This document shows, one piece after another, positions 62,546 through 64,000 of a DNA stretch of 64,000 nucleotides; position 1 is the first letter of the stretch; every line of letters starts with the position of its first letter. The translations under genes and the position numbers were made by a program. The notes below the pieces were generated by a model, which saw only the letters and a list, made by a program, of their open reading frames with translations, did no database searches and had not been told where the DNA came from. This DNA comes from an uncultured Planctomycetaceae bacterium. Its GTDB lineage: Bacteria; Planctomycetota; Planctomycetia; Planctomycetales; Planctomycetaceae. The stretch spans positions 62,001 through 126,000 of the forward strand of contig CAXBME010000006.1 of NCBI GenBank assembly GCA_963976765.1, read 5' to 3'.

Positions 62546-63142
62546 ATGTCTGAAGTCGCGGAAAACAAAGTCGACCTGCCTCGCATTGAACGGGCGGTTC
62601 GGGAAATTCTGGAAGCTGTCGGTGAAGATCCGGATCGAGACGGTCTGCTCGAAACGCCCGCTCGCGTTGCCAGAATGTACGCTGAGCTTTTCGGCGGGCT
62701 GCATCTGGATCCAGGCCGGCATCTTAAGAAGGTCTTTCAGGAAACGTATGACGAGATGGTTCTCGTCCGGGATATCAGCTTTAACAGCATGTGCGAACAT
62801 CACATGCTGCCGTTCATGGGCGTCGCTCATGTGGGCTATGTTCCGAACGGAAAAGTCGCGGGGCTGAGCAAGCTGGCTCGGGTGGTGGAAGAAGTTTCAA
62901 AGCGTCCGCAGGTTCAGGAGCGGATGACACATCAGATCGCCGACCTGATGTCGACCGAACTGGATGCCAAAGGCGTGATCGTCGTTCTGGAAGCAACGCA
63001 TTCGTGTATGACGATTCGCGGAATCCGCAAGCCGGGCAGCCTGACGATCACCAGCGCCGTTCGCGGCCTGATGCGAAGCAGCGAGTCGACTCGCTCCGAA
63101 GCGATGTCTCTGATTCAGTCCCGACCTTCCAACCTTCTTTAA
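62546..63142 (+). CDS. folE: GTP cyclohydrolase I
   Basis: [47 protein letters not shown]. Confidence 0.96.
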   Translation: MSEVAENKVDLPRIERAVREILEAVGEDPDRDGLLETPARVARMYAELFGGLHLDPGRHLKKVFQETYDEMVLVRDISFNSMCEHHMLPFMGVAHVGYVPNGKVAGLSKLARVVEEVSKRPQVQERMTHQIADLMSTELDAKGVIVVLEATHSCMTIRGIRKPGSLTITSAVRGLMRSSESTRSEAMSLIQSRPSNLL

Positions 63143-63183
63143 CAGCGATTGATCCTCGCAGTCATTCATTGATGGGATGCTTC

Positions 63184-63501
63184 ATGGCTTCGTCTCCGAA
63201 GAATCTACGCGCTGTTCGTGCCGACCGGGTTTTCGAGATTACCTGGCAGGACGGAGTGACAGTTCAGATTCCGTTCCGCTATCTGCGAGGCCGCTGTCCG
63301 TGCGCGGGTTGCGTCAACGAATTCACCAACGAGCGCATGGTCGATGTGCAGGACATTCCCGAAGGCATCGATCTGGAAGCCGCTCAACTGACAGGTAACT
63401 ACGCCTTGAAGATTCGGTGGAACGACCAGCACGACACCGGACTTTACACCTGGGAACACCTTCACGAGTTGTCGACTGCTCGCGAATGGGAACAGGGTTG
63501 A
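63184..63501 (+). CDS. DUF971 / gamma-butyrobetaine-hydroxylase N-terminal-like domain protein
   Basis: ITWQDG, LRGRCPCAGC, GNYALKIRWNDQHDTGLYTW. The real start is the ATG at 63184, not the track start inside folE. Confidence 0.9.
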   Translation: MASSPKNLRAVRADRVFEITWQDGVTVQIPFRYLRGRCPCAGCVNEFTNERMVDVQDIPEGIDLEAAQLTGNYALKIRWNDQHDTGLYTWEHLHELSTAREWEQG

Positions 63502-63739
63502 CTCGAAAACTAACTGATCGGAGTTCATACTCTGACTTTCGGCAACCACTTGCTGCCGGACTGACCTGCCATCACGACAAGGGAGACTGGATCGGGAATT
63601 GTTCTGTCTGAATTGGCTGAGAGCTTCGCCCGTTAGTTGGGAGGGAGACGCTTTGCCAGCTTTCGGGTACGACTTTTTTTGCTCCGCTTTGGCGTCGTAC
63701 CTGCCTTCTCGACACCCCACCAGATTCAGGAGAACTCTC

Positions 63740-64000
63740 ATGCGGATCCAAACTCTAGCGCTCGCCTGCGCCGTCGCTGCTGCATCAACCATCGTCGTTC
63801 AATCGCAGGATGAAAGAGTTCAAGAGACAAAAGAGACCGCGCCCGCTGCAGCGAAGTCTGAGATGACGATGAAAGAACAGGCGAGCTATGGCCTCGGCGT
63901 GAACATCGGCACGAGCCTCAAGAACCAGGGAATTGGAGCTGCCGACCTTGAAACGAAGCTCATCGCACGAGGCATCTTTGATATTCTGTCGGACAAAGAA
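63740..64000 (+). CDS. FKBP-type peptidyl-prolyl isomerase N-terminus (3'-truncated; not in the ORF track)
   Basis: AGGAG RBS, then MRIQTLALACAVAAASTIVVQSQD...KEQASYGLGVNIGTSLKNQG...IARGIFD, matching a signal peptide and the FkpA/Mip dimerisation domain. Confidence 0.85.
   Translation, partial: MRIQTLALACAVAAASTIVVQSQDERVQETKETAPAAAKSEMTMKEQASYGLGVNIGTSLKNQGIGAADLETKLIARGIFDILSDKE

Overview
Gene-dense bacterial chromosome segment, most likely from a planctomycete. This is inferred from the PVC-type CxxCH/HEAT protein, the LRR and TPR lipoproteins, the FHA-GAF-sigma54 activator and the long ACP. About 41 CDSs can be supported, two of them cut by the window edges. I see no rRNA, tRNA, CRISPR array or transposase. 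Main blocks: (1) an alternative FAS-II-like operon (fabZ-like, fabG, long ACP, second fabZ-like, fabF, alpha/beta hydrolase; 8376-13387, minus); (2) RNase R; (3) a 7-gene polysaccharide synthesis/modification operon resembling XrtA/PEP-CTERM-associated loci, with two gene fusions (GT4-FemAB and Wzx-GT4) and a lyase-like protein (17331-30826); (4) a secreted protein / AAA ATPase / TPR lipoprotein trio; (5) ispG; (6) a signalling and ABC-transporter block; (7) a block-charged disordered protein; (8) Lhr helicase, argH, a PVC-type cytochrome c protein, a GT2, a CDGSH protein, folE, a DUF971-like protein and a partial FKBP. The most striking direct observation is in the lhr gene. It carries three clear REP/REPIN-like palindromic elements and possibly a fourth decayed one, all inside the intact reading frame. 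One of them is a near-copy of an intergenic element at 22727-22804. Several other palindromic repeat families punctuate the intergenic spaces. All product calls come from motif recognition by eye; no database search was run.
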